DNA from: Desulfobacterales bacterium
Lineage (GTDB): Bacteria; Desulfobacterota; Desulfobacteria; Desulfobacterales; UBA2174
NCBI GenBank assembly: GCA_963668645.2
Contig: CAXXWC010000021.1
Location: 160,001-224,000 of the forward strand
Direction of reading: 5' to 3'
DNA: 64,000 nt
Shown here: positions 17,844 to 28,800 of the stretch, piece by piece
Numbering within the stretch: position 1 is the first letter of the stretch
Layout: every line of letters begins with the position of its first letter
The notes under the pieces: model-generated
The model's database searches: none
Seen by the model: the letters and a program-made list of their open reading frames with translations, nothing else
Told to the model about the DNA's origin: nothing
Position numbers and translations under genes: made by a program

Positions 17844-19648
17844 GCCGCCTCAACGAACAACTGCACCAGGAGGTGCGCCCGTCGGCGTTGTTCGCGCAGC
17901 CGCCGGTGGTCGATTTTCGCTACCCGCACCGGCAGTGCTCCTGCGGCGGTGCCTTGAAAGTCCAAAAGACACAAACCAAGCGCGTGGTCAGTCTTTCGGT
18001 CACCTATATCGCCCGCCGGACCGTGCAACGCTGTACCCGTTGTGGCCGTGTCTGGGAAGATCCGGCCCTGCGTCAGCGGGTGGCGCATCGTTGCAATACC
18101 GCTTGGGACGTGCTGGTCTTTGTCGGCCGTCGCCTGTTCGAGGACTGCCACAGTGTCGGGCAGGTTCGCAACGAGCTGCTGGCCCGCGATGTGGTGCTGT
18201 CCGATTCTCAAATCACCAAACTCGGCCGCAAGTTTATCCTCTTGCTGGCTCTGGCCCATCGGCGCGCCACCCCGCGCATCAAGCAGGCCATGGCCAGAAG
18301 CGGCGGCTATATCCTGCATCTGGATGCCGTGCATCAAGAAGATGCGCCCGCTCTGATGTCAGGCATCGACGCTCTGAGCCGCCTGGTGTTGGCCAATGTC
18401 AAGGTGCCCAGTGAACACGCCGCTCAGATCATCCCGTTTTTGGAAAAGATCAAAGACGACTATGGCGATCCGATCGCCTGTGTGCATGACATGGGCACAG
18501 GCATCTGCAAGGCGGTCGGGGCCGTGTTCCCCACAAGCAAAGACTTTGTCTGCCACTTTCATTTCTTGCGCGATGCGGGCAAAGACCTGATCGAGCCGGC
18601 CTACCGCGAGCTTCGTGGCTGCCTGCGTCGCCATGCGTTCAGCACCCGGTTCCGTGCGTTGGCCCGCCACGCCCGTCGGTTACTGGCCGAGCCGAACGCC
18701 CTGGCGATGTATCTGGCGGGCACCCAAACGGCTGCCGATTTGAGTCTCACGACCCCTGCGGCGGTCTATGCACTATCGCTGTGGAGCTTGCAGGCCAAAC
18801 ACTGCGGCGATGGCTACGGCTTTCCTTTCGATCGCCCCTTGCTGGTACTGGCCGAACGGCTTATGATCCTGCTCGATTGCCTGCCGCGCCTGCTACAGAC
18901 ACTTCCCGGCGACAACGTGGCCGGCAGCCGCTTGTTTGTCCACCTGGCACGAAAGGTGATGGATGTCGTCGCCGATCCGGTCTTCGAAAAAAGCCTCGAC
19001 TCGTTACGCTGGCGTTGCCGGCTCTTTGATCAGCTTCGCCAAGCCATGCGCATCGCACCTTCCGGAGGCCGAGACGGCCTCAACGATGATGGTGCCGCAC
19101 CCGCGATGGAAAGTATCCGCCAGAGCGTTGGCCAATTCCGTCACCGTCTCGATGCCGAAGCAAAGCTGGCAGCCGATCCGCTGTGCCGCAAACTGGCCGA
19201 ACAGATCGACAAGTATCACGACAAACTGTTTGCCGACCCGATTGACGTGCAGACCCCTTCGGGGCCGCAGGTGGTTTATCCCCAGCGGACCAACAACATC
19301 CTGGAACAGTTCTTTCGCAGCTTGCGCCGGGATCATCGCCGCCGTACCGGCGATAATCGCATGCACCGCGCGTTGCAAACCATGCTGGCCGATACCCCGT
19401 TGGTGAAAAATCTGTCCAACCCCGACTACATGAAAATCCTGCTCGACGGCCGGCCCAATATCGAAGCCCTGTTTGCTGATTTGGATCGAACCTCGGCTTC
19501 CGAGGAGCTGATACCGGCCGCGGATGCCGATCGCATTCTGCCTGGTTTTAAAGCACTGACAAAAATACCGGATCTTCCCGTTCGAATCTCACAGCGCGCT
19601 TCTGCGGCTTTATCCGGGGCAAAATCCAACCAAATTGTGTGGCCATAG
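17807..19648 (+). CDS. IS OrfB DDE transposase (probably made as an OrfAB -1 frameshift fusion)
   Basis: CxC/CxxC Zn-finger-like pair, LHLDA, VHDMG, CHFH, RTNNILEQFFR. It is in the -1 frame relative to OrfA, and its stop codon is the last 3 nt of the element. Confidence 0.8.
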   Translation, partial: KKNAAVAAIGLLSRLNEQLHQEVRPSALFAQPPVVDFRYPHRQCSCGGALKVQKTQTKRVVSLSVTYIARRTVQRCTRCGRVWEDPALRQRVAHRCNTAWDVLVFVGRRLFEDCHSVGQVRNELLARDVVLSDSQITKLGRKFILLLALAHRRATPRIKQAMARSGGYILHLDAVHQEDAPALMSGIDALSRLVLANVKVPSEHAAQIIPFLEKIKDDYGDPIACVHDMGTGICKAVGAVFPTSKDFVCHFHFLRDAGKDLIEPAYRELRGCLRRHAFSTRFRALARHARRLLAEPNALAMYLAGTQTAADLSLTTPAAVYALSLWSLQAKHCGDGYGFPFDRPLLVLAERLMILLDCLPRLLQTLPGDNVAGSRLFVHLARKVMDVVADPVFEKSLDSLRWRCRLFDQLRQAMRIAPSGGRDGLNDDGAAPAMESIRQSVGQFRHRLDAEAKLAADPLCRKLAEQIDKYHDKLFADPIDVQTPSGPQVVYPQRTNNILEQFFRSLRRDHRRRTGDNRMHRALQTMLADTPLVKNLSNPDYMKILLDGRPNIEALFADLDRTSASEELIPAADADRILPGFKALTKIPDLPVRISQRASAALSGAKSNQIVWP

Positions 19649-20594
19649 CATCCGCCGTATGCAGCAGTTTTTCGATCGTCCCATTTATCTCTGTTTCAAA
19701 TGAATCAAAAACAGTTACTCCAAAACTGGCATTAATATTTATCCTCTTATCTTTATACAGGATCGGTGCTTCTGAGATGGTCAAGCGGAGTCTTTCGGCT
19801 GTGGTGACGCCGCCTGAAAGCTCGGTCTCAGGCAAGACCACAACGAACTCCTCTCCTCCATAACGTGAAATCCAGTCGATGTCTTTTCGAATCTGAGTTT
19901 GCATGATATCGACGAACTTTTTTAGCACTGCGTCCCCACATTGATGCCCATAGCAGTCATTGACATTTTTAAAATGGTCGATATCCGAAAGAATCAAGGA
20001 CATCGGTGTTCTGGAACGCATTGCACGCTTAATTTCCTTGGGCAACTGGTCGTTGAGATATCCCCTATTGTAACATCCCGTAAGGGAGTCGAGGATGGAT
20101 AGCTGCTTTATCTTTTCGTTCGCTTTCCTGAGTTCGCAAATCACCTCTTTTAATTCTTTTTGATGTTGGTAGAGCTGGATAAACACGCCCACTTTGCTTC
20201 GAAGAATATGGGGTTCCGGTGGCTTGAAAATATAATCTACCGCACCGGCTTCATAACCACGAAAAATATGCTTTGCCTCCTTGCTTATCGCGGTCACAAA
20301 AATGATGGGCACCCTTTTCGTCATTTCGGTCCCCCGCATTAACTCGGCAACTTCAAATCCATCCATTCCAGGCATCTGCACATCAAGTAAAACCAAGGCA
20401 AATTCTTTTTCAAGCATCCGTGCGAGTGCTTCATTTCCAGATTTCGCTTTTACGATATTTAAATCGAAATCTCCGAGACATGCCTCAAGGGCAAGAAGGT
20501 TTTCCTCTCTGTCGTCTACGATCAGAATGTCTATTCGATTGTTTTCTGGCATCAATTCCATATTCATATCAAGTTTCGTCTTTCGTCATCGGTC

Positions 20595-20690
20595 TTATTT
20601 TACAATCCGGTCCACTGAAAGTCCAATCTCTGCCGGATCGAGAATATGATCCACCCAAGTTGCGGAAAATACTCCTCGGAGCATCATGTC
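20595..20690 (-). pseudogene. C-terminal remnant of a CheB-type methylesterase
   Basis: Translates MMLRGVFSATWVDHILDPAEIGLSVDRIVK*, resembling the CheB C-terminus, at the position cheB normally takes after cheR. Confidence 0.55.
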
Positions 20691-20739
20691 CAGTTACGAT
20701 TATTTTAACTCTACATCAGGTGCTAAAGATCCCACTTTT

Positions 20740-21561
20740 TTATTTCACTTTTTGGTATATCTTAGCCACGGCATCAACTTCCCTAAACCTTGCTTGATGA
20801 TCGGTAAAACGGATTGTCTCTTTACTGCCAAGACAAAGATACCCGCCCTCTGCAAGACTTTCAGCAAAAAGACCGATGGCTCTGTTTTGCAATTCCTGAT
20901 TGAAGTAAATCAGAACATTACGGCATAAAATGACGTTCATCTCTCCGAATGCCCCATCCGTAGCCAAATTATGGTCAGCAAAAACTATATTCTTTTTTAA
21001 AAAACTTTTTATTGTCGAATACCCGTACTTTGTCGTAAAATATTCAGCGAATTCTCCGGCACAGCCGGATTCACGGTAATTCTGCTCGCTGTTTTTCATC
21101 ATATCGAGCGGATAAATCCCCTCTTTTGCTTTTCTTAATACGTTTTCGTTAAAATCTGTGGCGTAGATCAAAATTTTATCGTATAGACCTTCCTCCCAAA
21201 AAACAATAGCAGCCGAGTAGACCTCTTCTCCGGTTGCGCAACCGGCATGCCAAATTTTAATATGAGAGCGCATTTTTAGGGACGGTACTATTTTTTGTCT
21301 GACCGCCCTAAAAAAAATCGGATCGCGATACATTTCGGTAACATTGATCGAAAGATCAAGTAACAACTGCTCGAAAAACGAGACATTATTCAAAAGAAGG
21401 TGCTGCATTTCGGAAATCGATCCAAGTCCGCAGATGGACAATCTTTTCAATATTCTTCTTTTTAAAGAGTCCCGTGTGTAATTTCTGAAATCGTATCCGT
21501 ATTTAGCATAGATGGCTTGTAGCAAAAGATCGATTTCGATCAGTTGGTTTTCATCGACCAT
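20740..21561 (-). CDS. cheR: CheR-type protein-glutamate methyltransferase
   Basis: YGYDF, SINVTEMYRD, IWHAGCATGEEVYS, ILCRNVLIYF, LCLGSKE. Confidence 0.92.
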   Translation of the reverse strand: MVDENQLIEIDLLLQAIYAKYGYDFRNYTRDSLKRRILKRLSICGLGSISEMQHLLLNNVSFFEQLLLDLSINVTEMYRDPIFFRAVRQKIVPSLKMRSHIKIWHAGCATGEEVYSAAIVFWEEGLYDKILIYATDFNENVLRKAKEGIYPLDMMKNSEQNYRESGCAGEFAEYFTTKYGYSTIKSFLKKNIVFADHNLATDGAFGEMNVILCRNVLIYFNQELQNRAIGLFAESLAEGGYLCLGSKETIRFTDHQARFREVDAVAKIYQKVK

Positions 21562-22798
21562 AAACAGTTCCCTCTTCTCTACCCACTGCCCGGCACTCAA
21601 TCCGGCGAGACAATACTCGCATGTTTATTCGAGCTTGATGATAGATACTATGGCTAGCGGTACAACCAGACCCGCAACATTGAAAGCAGTTTTTCACTGT
21701 CAACCGGTTTTGACAGATAATCGTTTGCCCCGGCCTCGATACAGTTCGCCCTATCTCCTCGCATCGCCTTTGCCGTCAAGGCGATAATCGGCAATTTCTT
21801 GAATTCATCAATTTCCCGGATATGCCTCATGGCCTCATAACCGTCCATCTCTGGCATCATGATATCCATCAAGACAATGTCCAAATCGGGATTTTCCTTG
21901 ATCCGGGCAATACCTTCATGGCCGTTTTTCGCAACGATCACCCGGATCCCTTTGTCTTCCAGAATGCTGCTCAATGCGAACACATTTCTCATGTCGTCGT
22001 CTACGATAAGCAATTTTTTATTTTTCAGGATCGATTCTTTGTCATGAACCATTTGAAGAATTCGCCGTTTCTCTTTCGGCAGATCACTTTCGACTCTGTG
22101 AAGAAACAAAGCCGTTTCATCAAAAAGCTTTTCAAGAGATTTCGGATCTTTGATGATTATCCTTTCAGAATGGTTGTCTAAAAATACCCGCTCTTTATCG
22201 GTCAACTCCTTGCCGGTGTACACGATGATAGGAAGATACGAGATATCCTCATCATTCCTGATCCGAAGAATCAGATCTTCCCCGGACATATCCGAAAGAT
22301 TCATTCCGAGAATGATACAATGATATATATCGTTTTTCAGGCGGTGCAGCGTCTCTTTTCCACTGGCCACAGTTTCGATCGTTATGTCGTTATCATCCAG
22401 CAAACCCTTGATGTTATCGCATTCGTCTTCATCGCCTTCCACAACAAGCAGTTTTTTCAACTTGGCGTTGATCAGGTGGTCTATCTTAACAAAAGCCTGA
22501 TTCAATTGCTCCAAGCTTACCGGTTTAGTAAGGTAACCCATCGCACCCATTTTGATGGCATCCCAGGGCTTTTCGGTACCGGAAATGAAGTGAACCGGAA
22601 TATGACGGGTCGGGAATGCTTCCTTGAGCCGGGTCATCACGTTCCAACCGTCGATTCCCGGAAGTCCCACATCCAAAATAATCGCGCTCGGTTGATAATA
22701 ATCCGCCATGTGAAGACCCGATTCTCCATCACCGGCGATCAGTGTTTTAAATCCTTTTTCTCTGGCAAGATCCTGGAGTGTCTTGGCAAAGCCGGGAT

Positions 22799-24640
22799 CT
22801 ATGGCCACACAATTTGGTTGGATTTTGCCCCGGATAAAGCCGCAGAAGCGCGCTGTGAGATTCGAACGGGAAGATCCGGTATTTTTGTCAGTGCTTTAAA
22901 ACCAGGCAGAATGCGATCGGCATCCGCGGCCGGTATCAGCTCCTCGGAAGCCGAGGTTCGATCCAAATCAGCAAACAGGGCTTCGATATTGGGCCGGCCG
23001 TCGAGCAGGATTTTCATGTAGTCGGGGTTGGACAGATTTTTCACCAACGGGGTATCGGCCAGCATGGTTTGCAACGCGCGGTGCATGCGATTATCGCCGG
23101 TACGGCGGCGATGATCCCGGCGCAAGCTGCGAAAGAACTGTTCCAGGATGTTGTTGGTCCGCTGGGGATAAACCACCTGCGGCCCCGAAGGGGTCTGCAC
23201 GTCAATCGGGTCGGCAAACAGTTTGTCGTGATACTTGTCGATCTGTTCGGCCAGTTTGCGGCACAGCGGATCGGCTGCCAGCTTTGCTTCGGCATCGAGA
23301 CGGTGACGGAATTGGCCAACGCTCTGGCGGATACTTTCCATCGCGGGTGCGGCACCATCATCGTTGAGGCCGTCTCGGCCTCCGGAAGGTGCGATGCGCA
23401 TGGCTTGGCGAAGCTGATCAAAGAGCCGGCAACGCCAGCGTAACGAGTCGAGGCTTTTTTCGAAGACCGGATCGGCGACGACATCCATCACCTTTCGTGC
23501 CAGGTGGACAAACAAGCGGCTGCCGGCCACGTTGTCGCCGGGAAGTGTCTGTAGCAGGCGCGGCAGGCAATCGAGCAGGATCATAAGCCGTTCGGCCAGT
23601 ACCAGCAAGGGGCGATCGAAAGGAAAGCCGTAGCCATCGCCGCAGTGTTTGGCCTGCAAGCTCCACAGCGATAGTGCATAGACCGCCGCAGGGGTCGTGA
23701 GACTCAAATCGGCAGCCGTTTGGGTGCCCGCCAGATACATCGCCAGGGCGTTCGGCTCGGCCAGTAACCGACGGGCGTGGCGGGCCAACGCACGGAACCG
23801 GGTGCTGAACGCATGGCGACGCAGGCAGCCACGAAGCTCGCGGTAGGCCGGCTCGATCAGGTCTTTGCCCGCATCGCGCAAGAAATGAAAGTGGCAGACA
23901 AAGTCTTTGCTTGTGGGGAACACGGCCCCGACCGCCTTGCAGATGCCTGTGCCCATGTCATGCACACAGGCGATCGGATCGCCATAGTCGTCTTTGATCT
24001 TTTCCAAAAACGGGATGATCTGAGCGGCGTGTTCACTGGGCACCTTGACATTGGCCAACACCAGGCGGCTCAGAGCGTCGATGCCTGACATCAGAGCGGG
24101 CGCATCTTCTTGATGCACGGCATCCAGATGCAGGATATAGCCGCCGCTTCTGGCCATGGCCTGCTTGATGCGCGGGGTGGCGCGCCGATGGGCCAGAGCC
24201 AGCAAGAGGATAAACTTGCGGCCGAGTTTGGTGATTTGAGAATCGGACAGCACCACATCGCGGGCCAGCAGCTCGTTGCGAACCTGCCCGACACTGTGGC
24301 AGTCCTCGAACAGGCGACGGCCGACAAAGACCAGCACGTCCCAAGCGGTATTGCAACGATGCGCCACCCGCTGACGCAGGGCCGGATCTTCCCAGACACG
24401 GCCACAACGGGTACAGCGTTGCACGGTCCGGCGGGCGATATAGGTGACCGAAAGACTGACCACGCGCTTGGTTTGTGTCTTTTGGACTTTCAAGGCACCG
24501 CCGCAGGAGCACTGCCGGTGCGGGTAGCGAAAATCGACCACCGGCGGCTGCGCGAACAACGCCGACGGGCGCACCTCCTGGTGCAGTTGTTCGTTGAGGC
24601 GGCTCAGGAGGCCGATGGCCGCAACGGCAGCATTTTTTTT
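22799..24640 (-). CDS. IS OrfB DDE transposase, copy 2
   Basis: Same translation as copy 1. Confidence 0.8.
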   Translation of the reverse strand, partial: KKNAAVAAIGLLSRLNEQLHQEVRPSALFAQPPVVDFRYPHRQCSCGGALKVQKTQTKRVVSLSVTYIARRTVQRCTRCGRVWEDPALRQRVAHRCNTAWDVLVFVGRRLFEDCHSVGQVRNELLARDVVLSDSQITKLGRKFILLLALAHRRATPRIKQAMARSGGYILHLDAVHQEDAPALMSGIDALSRLVLANVKVPSEHAAQIIPFLEKIKDDYGDPIACVHDMGTGICKAVGAVFPTSKDFVCHFHFLRDAGKDLIEPAYRELRGCLRRHAFSTRFRALARHARRLLAEPNALAMYLAGTQTAADLSLTTPAAVYALSLWSLQAKHCGDGYGFPFDRPLLVLAERLMILLDCLPRLLQTLPGDNVAGSRLFVHLARKVMDVVADPVFEKSLDSLRWRCRLFDQLRQAMRIAPSGGRDGLNDDGAAPAMESIRQSVGQFRHRLDAEAKLAADPLCRKLAEQIDKYHDKLFADPIDVQTPSGPQVVYPQRTNNILEQFFRSLRRDHRRRTGDNRMHRALQTMLADTPLVKNLSNPDYMKILLDGRPNIEALFADLDRTSASEELIPAADADRILPGFKALTKIPDLPVRISQRASAALSGAKSNQIVWP

Positions 24641-25263
24641 AAACCGTGCTGCGCAAACAGCGCCCGGATCTGGTCGGCCTTGATGCGCACGGCGGCCCGG
24701 GCCGACACCCGGCGGGCCAACTCGGCCGGCTCGGCTGACGGCTTGCGGATGAATTCGGCCAGCACCATCACTGCAATCTCGGCTGGCAGCACCGCCGCCA
24801 CGGGCGCTTCCAGGACACGACGTTGCGCCTCGGCGGTCCTGGCATTGCTGGCCAGGTAAACGTTCGCGCGTCCCTGGCGCTGGCGCTGGACAAGACCGCG
24901 GCGGTACAACCCGACCAGAACCGAATGACAACGGCAGCGCAACTTTTGGCCGAGCGCTTCGGCGCTCATCCCTGCCAGACTGGCATCGATCAGGGCCACC
25001 AGCGTACGGGTCAGACTGCCGGCCCGGGAAAAGCCGATGTCGTGGTAAAACCACAGTCCTTCGCGCGAAAAGCGAGGAATCGAACGCAGGGTATACCATC
25101 GTCCGTTGTGCGTAAAACTGCTGTAGTAGCCGTTCTGGGCCAGAAATCGCCGGGTTGATGGAATCGAGTAGTCCATCTGTTGGCTCAGCGGCCCGATCAT
25201 CCAGCATGGATGCTGCTTGAACAGGACCGCGAGACGCTGGGAAACCTCGGTCGAACCATCCAT
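24604..25263 (-). CDS. IS OrfA, copy 2
   Basis: Same translation as copy 1. Confidence 0.75.
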   Translation of the reverse strand: MDGSTEVSQRLAVLFKQHPCWMIGPLSQQMDYSIPSTRRFLAQNGYYSSFTHNGRWYTLRSIPRFSREGLWFYHDIGFSRAGSLTRTLVALIDASLAGMSAEALGQKLRCRCHSVLVGLYRRGLVQRQRQGRANVYLASNARTAEAQRRVLEAPVAAVLPAEIAVMVLAEFIRKPSAEPAELARRVSARAAVRIKADQIRALFAQHGLKKMLPLRPSAS

Positions 25264-28200
25264 ATCGCCCTCCCGATAAAGTATTGCAGGTTATCGCCGC
25301 AACCGGGCATATATGCAATACATTATCAAGAAATGGACGATTTGACAAGAACGAAAAAGAGGATAGCCATCTATCGTAAATGACAATCATTACATGTGTT
25401 TTCTATGAGTTAGACGCAAAGCCGACACCCCGGAAAACGAAAGCACAGGCTCCTTGAGAATCGCAAAATATGATCAAGTATGGCAAAAATAATCGGATAA
25501 CATACTGATTTTACAGAATCCAACCGTTTTGTGGTTCCATAGGCCGGGATCATCTTCAATGATGAGGATAGATTTCTCATTCGGTGACAAGTCCCTTCGG
25601 TCGTCTCGGATAACATCCAATTGCGTTCCCGGACTTTTAGCCACACCACCTGCGGCAGGTGCTTCGACTTTTTTTACGTCTTCATCATCATCTTTTGCGT
25701 CTTCCTTATCATCCATGATGATGAATACTTTTTCAGACTCAGACTCTGGTGGAGCAAATCTTTCGGGAAGATAGAGTGTAAAGGTGCTTCCTTTTCCAGC
25801 ATCACTTTCGACCTGAATTTCCCCGCCGAGGTGCTTGGCGAGTTCCCTTGATATCGAGAGCCCCAACCCGGTGCCGCCAAATTTTCGATTTGTCGAACCA
25901 TCGGCTTGCCGAAAAGCCTCAAATATGAATTGTTGCATCTGCTTCTCGATACCGATTCCAGTGTCCGATACACAAAAGGCGATCGTTTTGTCGGGTGTCA
26001 AGCCGCTGCGGCAAAGGGTTTTATCTTTACTCGGGCGCCCGATCGTCAGCGTCACCCTTCCCTTTTCGGTAAATTTAATGGCGTTGGAAACAAAATTCTT
26101 TACAATCTGCTCCAGTCGTTGAAAATCCGTGTGCATGGTTCGAGGAATATCCGGATGAATGTCGATAGCGAATCGAAGTCCTTTTTCTTCGGCTATTTTT
26201 TCATAAATCCGTTGTACTTTCACGGCCAGCCGTTCCAGTGAAAACTGCGAGATGTTGAATTCCATCTTGCCGGCTTCCACCTTTGAAAGGTCGAGAATTT
26301 CATTGATCAGGTTCAACAGATCCGAGCCCGAGGAATGGATCGTTTGAGCGAACTCTGCTTGTTTTGCAGTAAGATTGCCATTTTTGTTCTCGTTGAGAAG
26401 TTTGGACAGCAGCAGGATGCTGTTGAGAGGTGTTCTCAATTCGTGAGACATGTTGGCCAGGAATTCAGATTTGTATTTGCCGGTGCATTCAAGCTCCCGA
26501 GCTTTTTCCTCCGCCTCTCGTCTTGATACCTCCAACTCTTTGTTCTTTTTTTCAATCTCTTCTGATTTCTCTTCGAGGGTCTGCGCCTGTTCGGTCAATT
26601 CCTCGTTGGCGGCCCGCAGTTCTTCCTGCTGGACTTGCAGCTTCTGTTCGGATTCTTTAAGGGTCCGGGCATACTCTTCCAGTTCTTCGTTGGTTGCCCG
26701 CAACTCTTCTTGCTGAGCGGTGAGTTCTTCGGCTTGTTGCTGGGTCTTTTCAAGCAATTCCGCTTCTTTACGCCGTGATATAATGCCTGAAATCGCTATC
26801 GCAACAGCGTCGCTCGCAAAACGAAGATACTCGATGTCCAGATCCGTAAATTCGCGAAACGCGCCAAGTTCCACAACCCCTTGCACCGTGCCCTTATGGA
26901 CGAGTGGATAGGCGAGAATATTGCACGGTGTCTTGGCGCCCAGACCCGATCGGATGCACATATACCCATCCGGACAATCGGTCATGAGAATATGCTTTTT
27001 TTCCAGGGCGGACTGCCCGACGAGCCCTTCTCCAAGTTCAAACCGATTGCTCAGCCCCTTGCGTTTTTCAAAGGCATATCCTGCCACCATCCTCAACGCA
27101 TCGTCTTGATCGCTCACGAACATGGCGCCCACGCTAATGCCAAGGTGTTCGCAGATAAAGTTGAGCACACTGGATGAAAAGCCGAGGATGTCCTGCTCGG
27201 CTCTCATTTTTTCATTCAACGCGGTCTGGCCGGATTTAAGCCAGTGCTGCAGTTCGAGGTCTTTGGCGGATTTCTGCATTTTCGTAATCAGTCTTCCCAC
27301 GAGCGAAATCGCCAGAAAGCATACAACAGCGGTGATTATCGCAAAGGCCGACATGATCTTTATGAACAATCCCTTGGCCCAGCGCGAAGCGTCTGCCAGG
27401 GTGCTGGAATATTCTTTTTCAATCCCGTGAAATTCGCGATTGAGGTCAAGCAAGCGGTTGCGGATGTCTTCGATCTGGCTGGAGGTTGTGTCATCGGACT
27501 GCACAAGACGGTGAAGCTCTTCACCCAGTCTGACCACCTCGACAACATCTTCATCCGCCTGCTCCCATATTCGAACCGCATGTTTAAGAAATTCAAAATT
27601 CTTAAAATTATTAAACAGCGCTATCATGCCGTCGATGTCTTCAGGCTGGTTGCCTCCCTCTTCGAAGGCCTCAAATACCTTTTTCATATCAGGATTCGGC
27701 TTTTCAAGTTCCAAGCGGGCTTTTCTGTTTCCCAACGGCACCCGTATATTTTCGAGAAATTCATCGTAGTGTTTTGGATCTTTCGTGTGTACATAATGAA
27801 ACAGGCTGATCGCCGCCGCCTGCTGCTTGGTGGAATAGACGGATTCACCGCTGACAAACGCTCTGAGAGAGGATAGGGTATCCATGCCGAATTTTCCCAG
27901 GACCAGCATTCCGCCGATGGAGGCGATCACCACGAAAATAAGGGAGGCGAATCGAATTTTCATTTTCACTTCAGACGATATTTTTTTTGAAAAGAAACTA
28001 TCCATTTTTTCTTGCAACCTTCCGAATGTCGGTGAGAGTGGGAGTGGGAGTGCGTCAGTGGTCTGTTCGATCCCAGACAAACTGTATCATTTCCCACAAC
28101 CGCCCTGCCCCTGGAACCGGATTCATTTTTGAAAACAACTTTGAATAGTGCATGCGTGCTCATCCAAAGCGCCTCGATGGACGATGGTCTTGGTAGTAAA

Positions 28201-28800
28201 AAACCTAGCATAGAACGGATTTTAAGACGATTGGCTGCTTCATGATGTGGAAATATTTTATAATATACCCGAAGTAACGCTGAAAATCCGAATCCTTAAT
28301 TATCAGACAAAGTCGATCTTGTCAGTAAGCCGATTAATTTAACCCAATTCAAGGCTTCTCGCAAACCAAATCCACAACGGGTGCAACGGCTCATGGCGAC
28401 CTGAAATGCCGTCTATCCCCAAGCTTCAGATTTAACGGCTCTTTTTATCTCAATTGAGATTAACACGCACCTGCTTCGCCGATGATACCGCTTCTTTTCG
28501 CTGTCATGCCCTCGGGTACTATCGGAGAAGCATCCGCAGTTTCCCAGCGCCTGTTAGAAGAAACCCCCTAATCAGACCAAGATTCCCTCTCCGTTGAGCC
28601 ACAAGCCAGCCCCTTCTGCCAAGGAATCTGGTGTCACCGGATCTGCAAAGATACCGAAAAGAGACTTCGTACGGTTATCATTAAATTTTACACGAGCCCT
28701 GCCCCGGTCATATCCAGTCTTTACAACCCGGTCAATTTATCATAATTTTCGACTCTATGGCAGTTTAAAAAACATATTTATATTGTTATTTCATATGGTT

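Larger units (their letters stand above)
16905..19648 (+). mobile_element. 2744-bp two-ORF insertion sequence, copy 1; 8-bp target duplication CATCCGCC
   Basis: TIRs CTATGGAACCACAAAACGGTTGGATT / AATCCAACCAAATTGTGTGGCCATAG (20/26 match). DR at 16897-16904 and 19649-19656. A second copy lies at 22799-25542. Confidence 0.95.
16841..20567 (-). pseudogene. REC-GGDEF diguanylate cyclase interrupted by an IS near its 3' end
   Basis: REC domain plus RYGGEEF in 19649-20567. Removing the IS and one CATCCGCC restores HTAD-ERLYEAKRQGRNCVISEY* (tail at 16841-16896). Confidence 0.92.
22799..25542 (-). mobile_element. 2744-bp two-ORF insertion sequence, copy 2 (inverted); 8-bp target duplication GCCGGGAT
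   Basis: Reverse complement of 16905-19648 with identical ORF translations. DR at 22791-22798 and 25543-25550. Confidence 0.95.
21654..27963 (-). pseudogene. hybrid sensor kinase (TM-GAF-HisKA-HATPase-3xREC) split by IS copy 2
   Basis: FLANMSHELRTPLN and GGTGLGL in 25543-27963; REC domains in 21654-22798. Removing the IS and one GCCGGGAT restores IIEDDPGFAKTL in frame. The start could be further upstream. Confidence 0.92.

Noticed and set aside
16905..25542. Composite transposon that arrived carrying cheR
   Set aside because: The outer flanks do not share a DR. Each IS has its own DR inside a resident gene, so these are two separate insertions.
28300..28600. Possible decayed receiver-domain gene on the minus strand (GIDG, GLLT fragments)
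   Set aside because: Multiple stops and too little similarity to support by eye.
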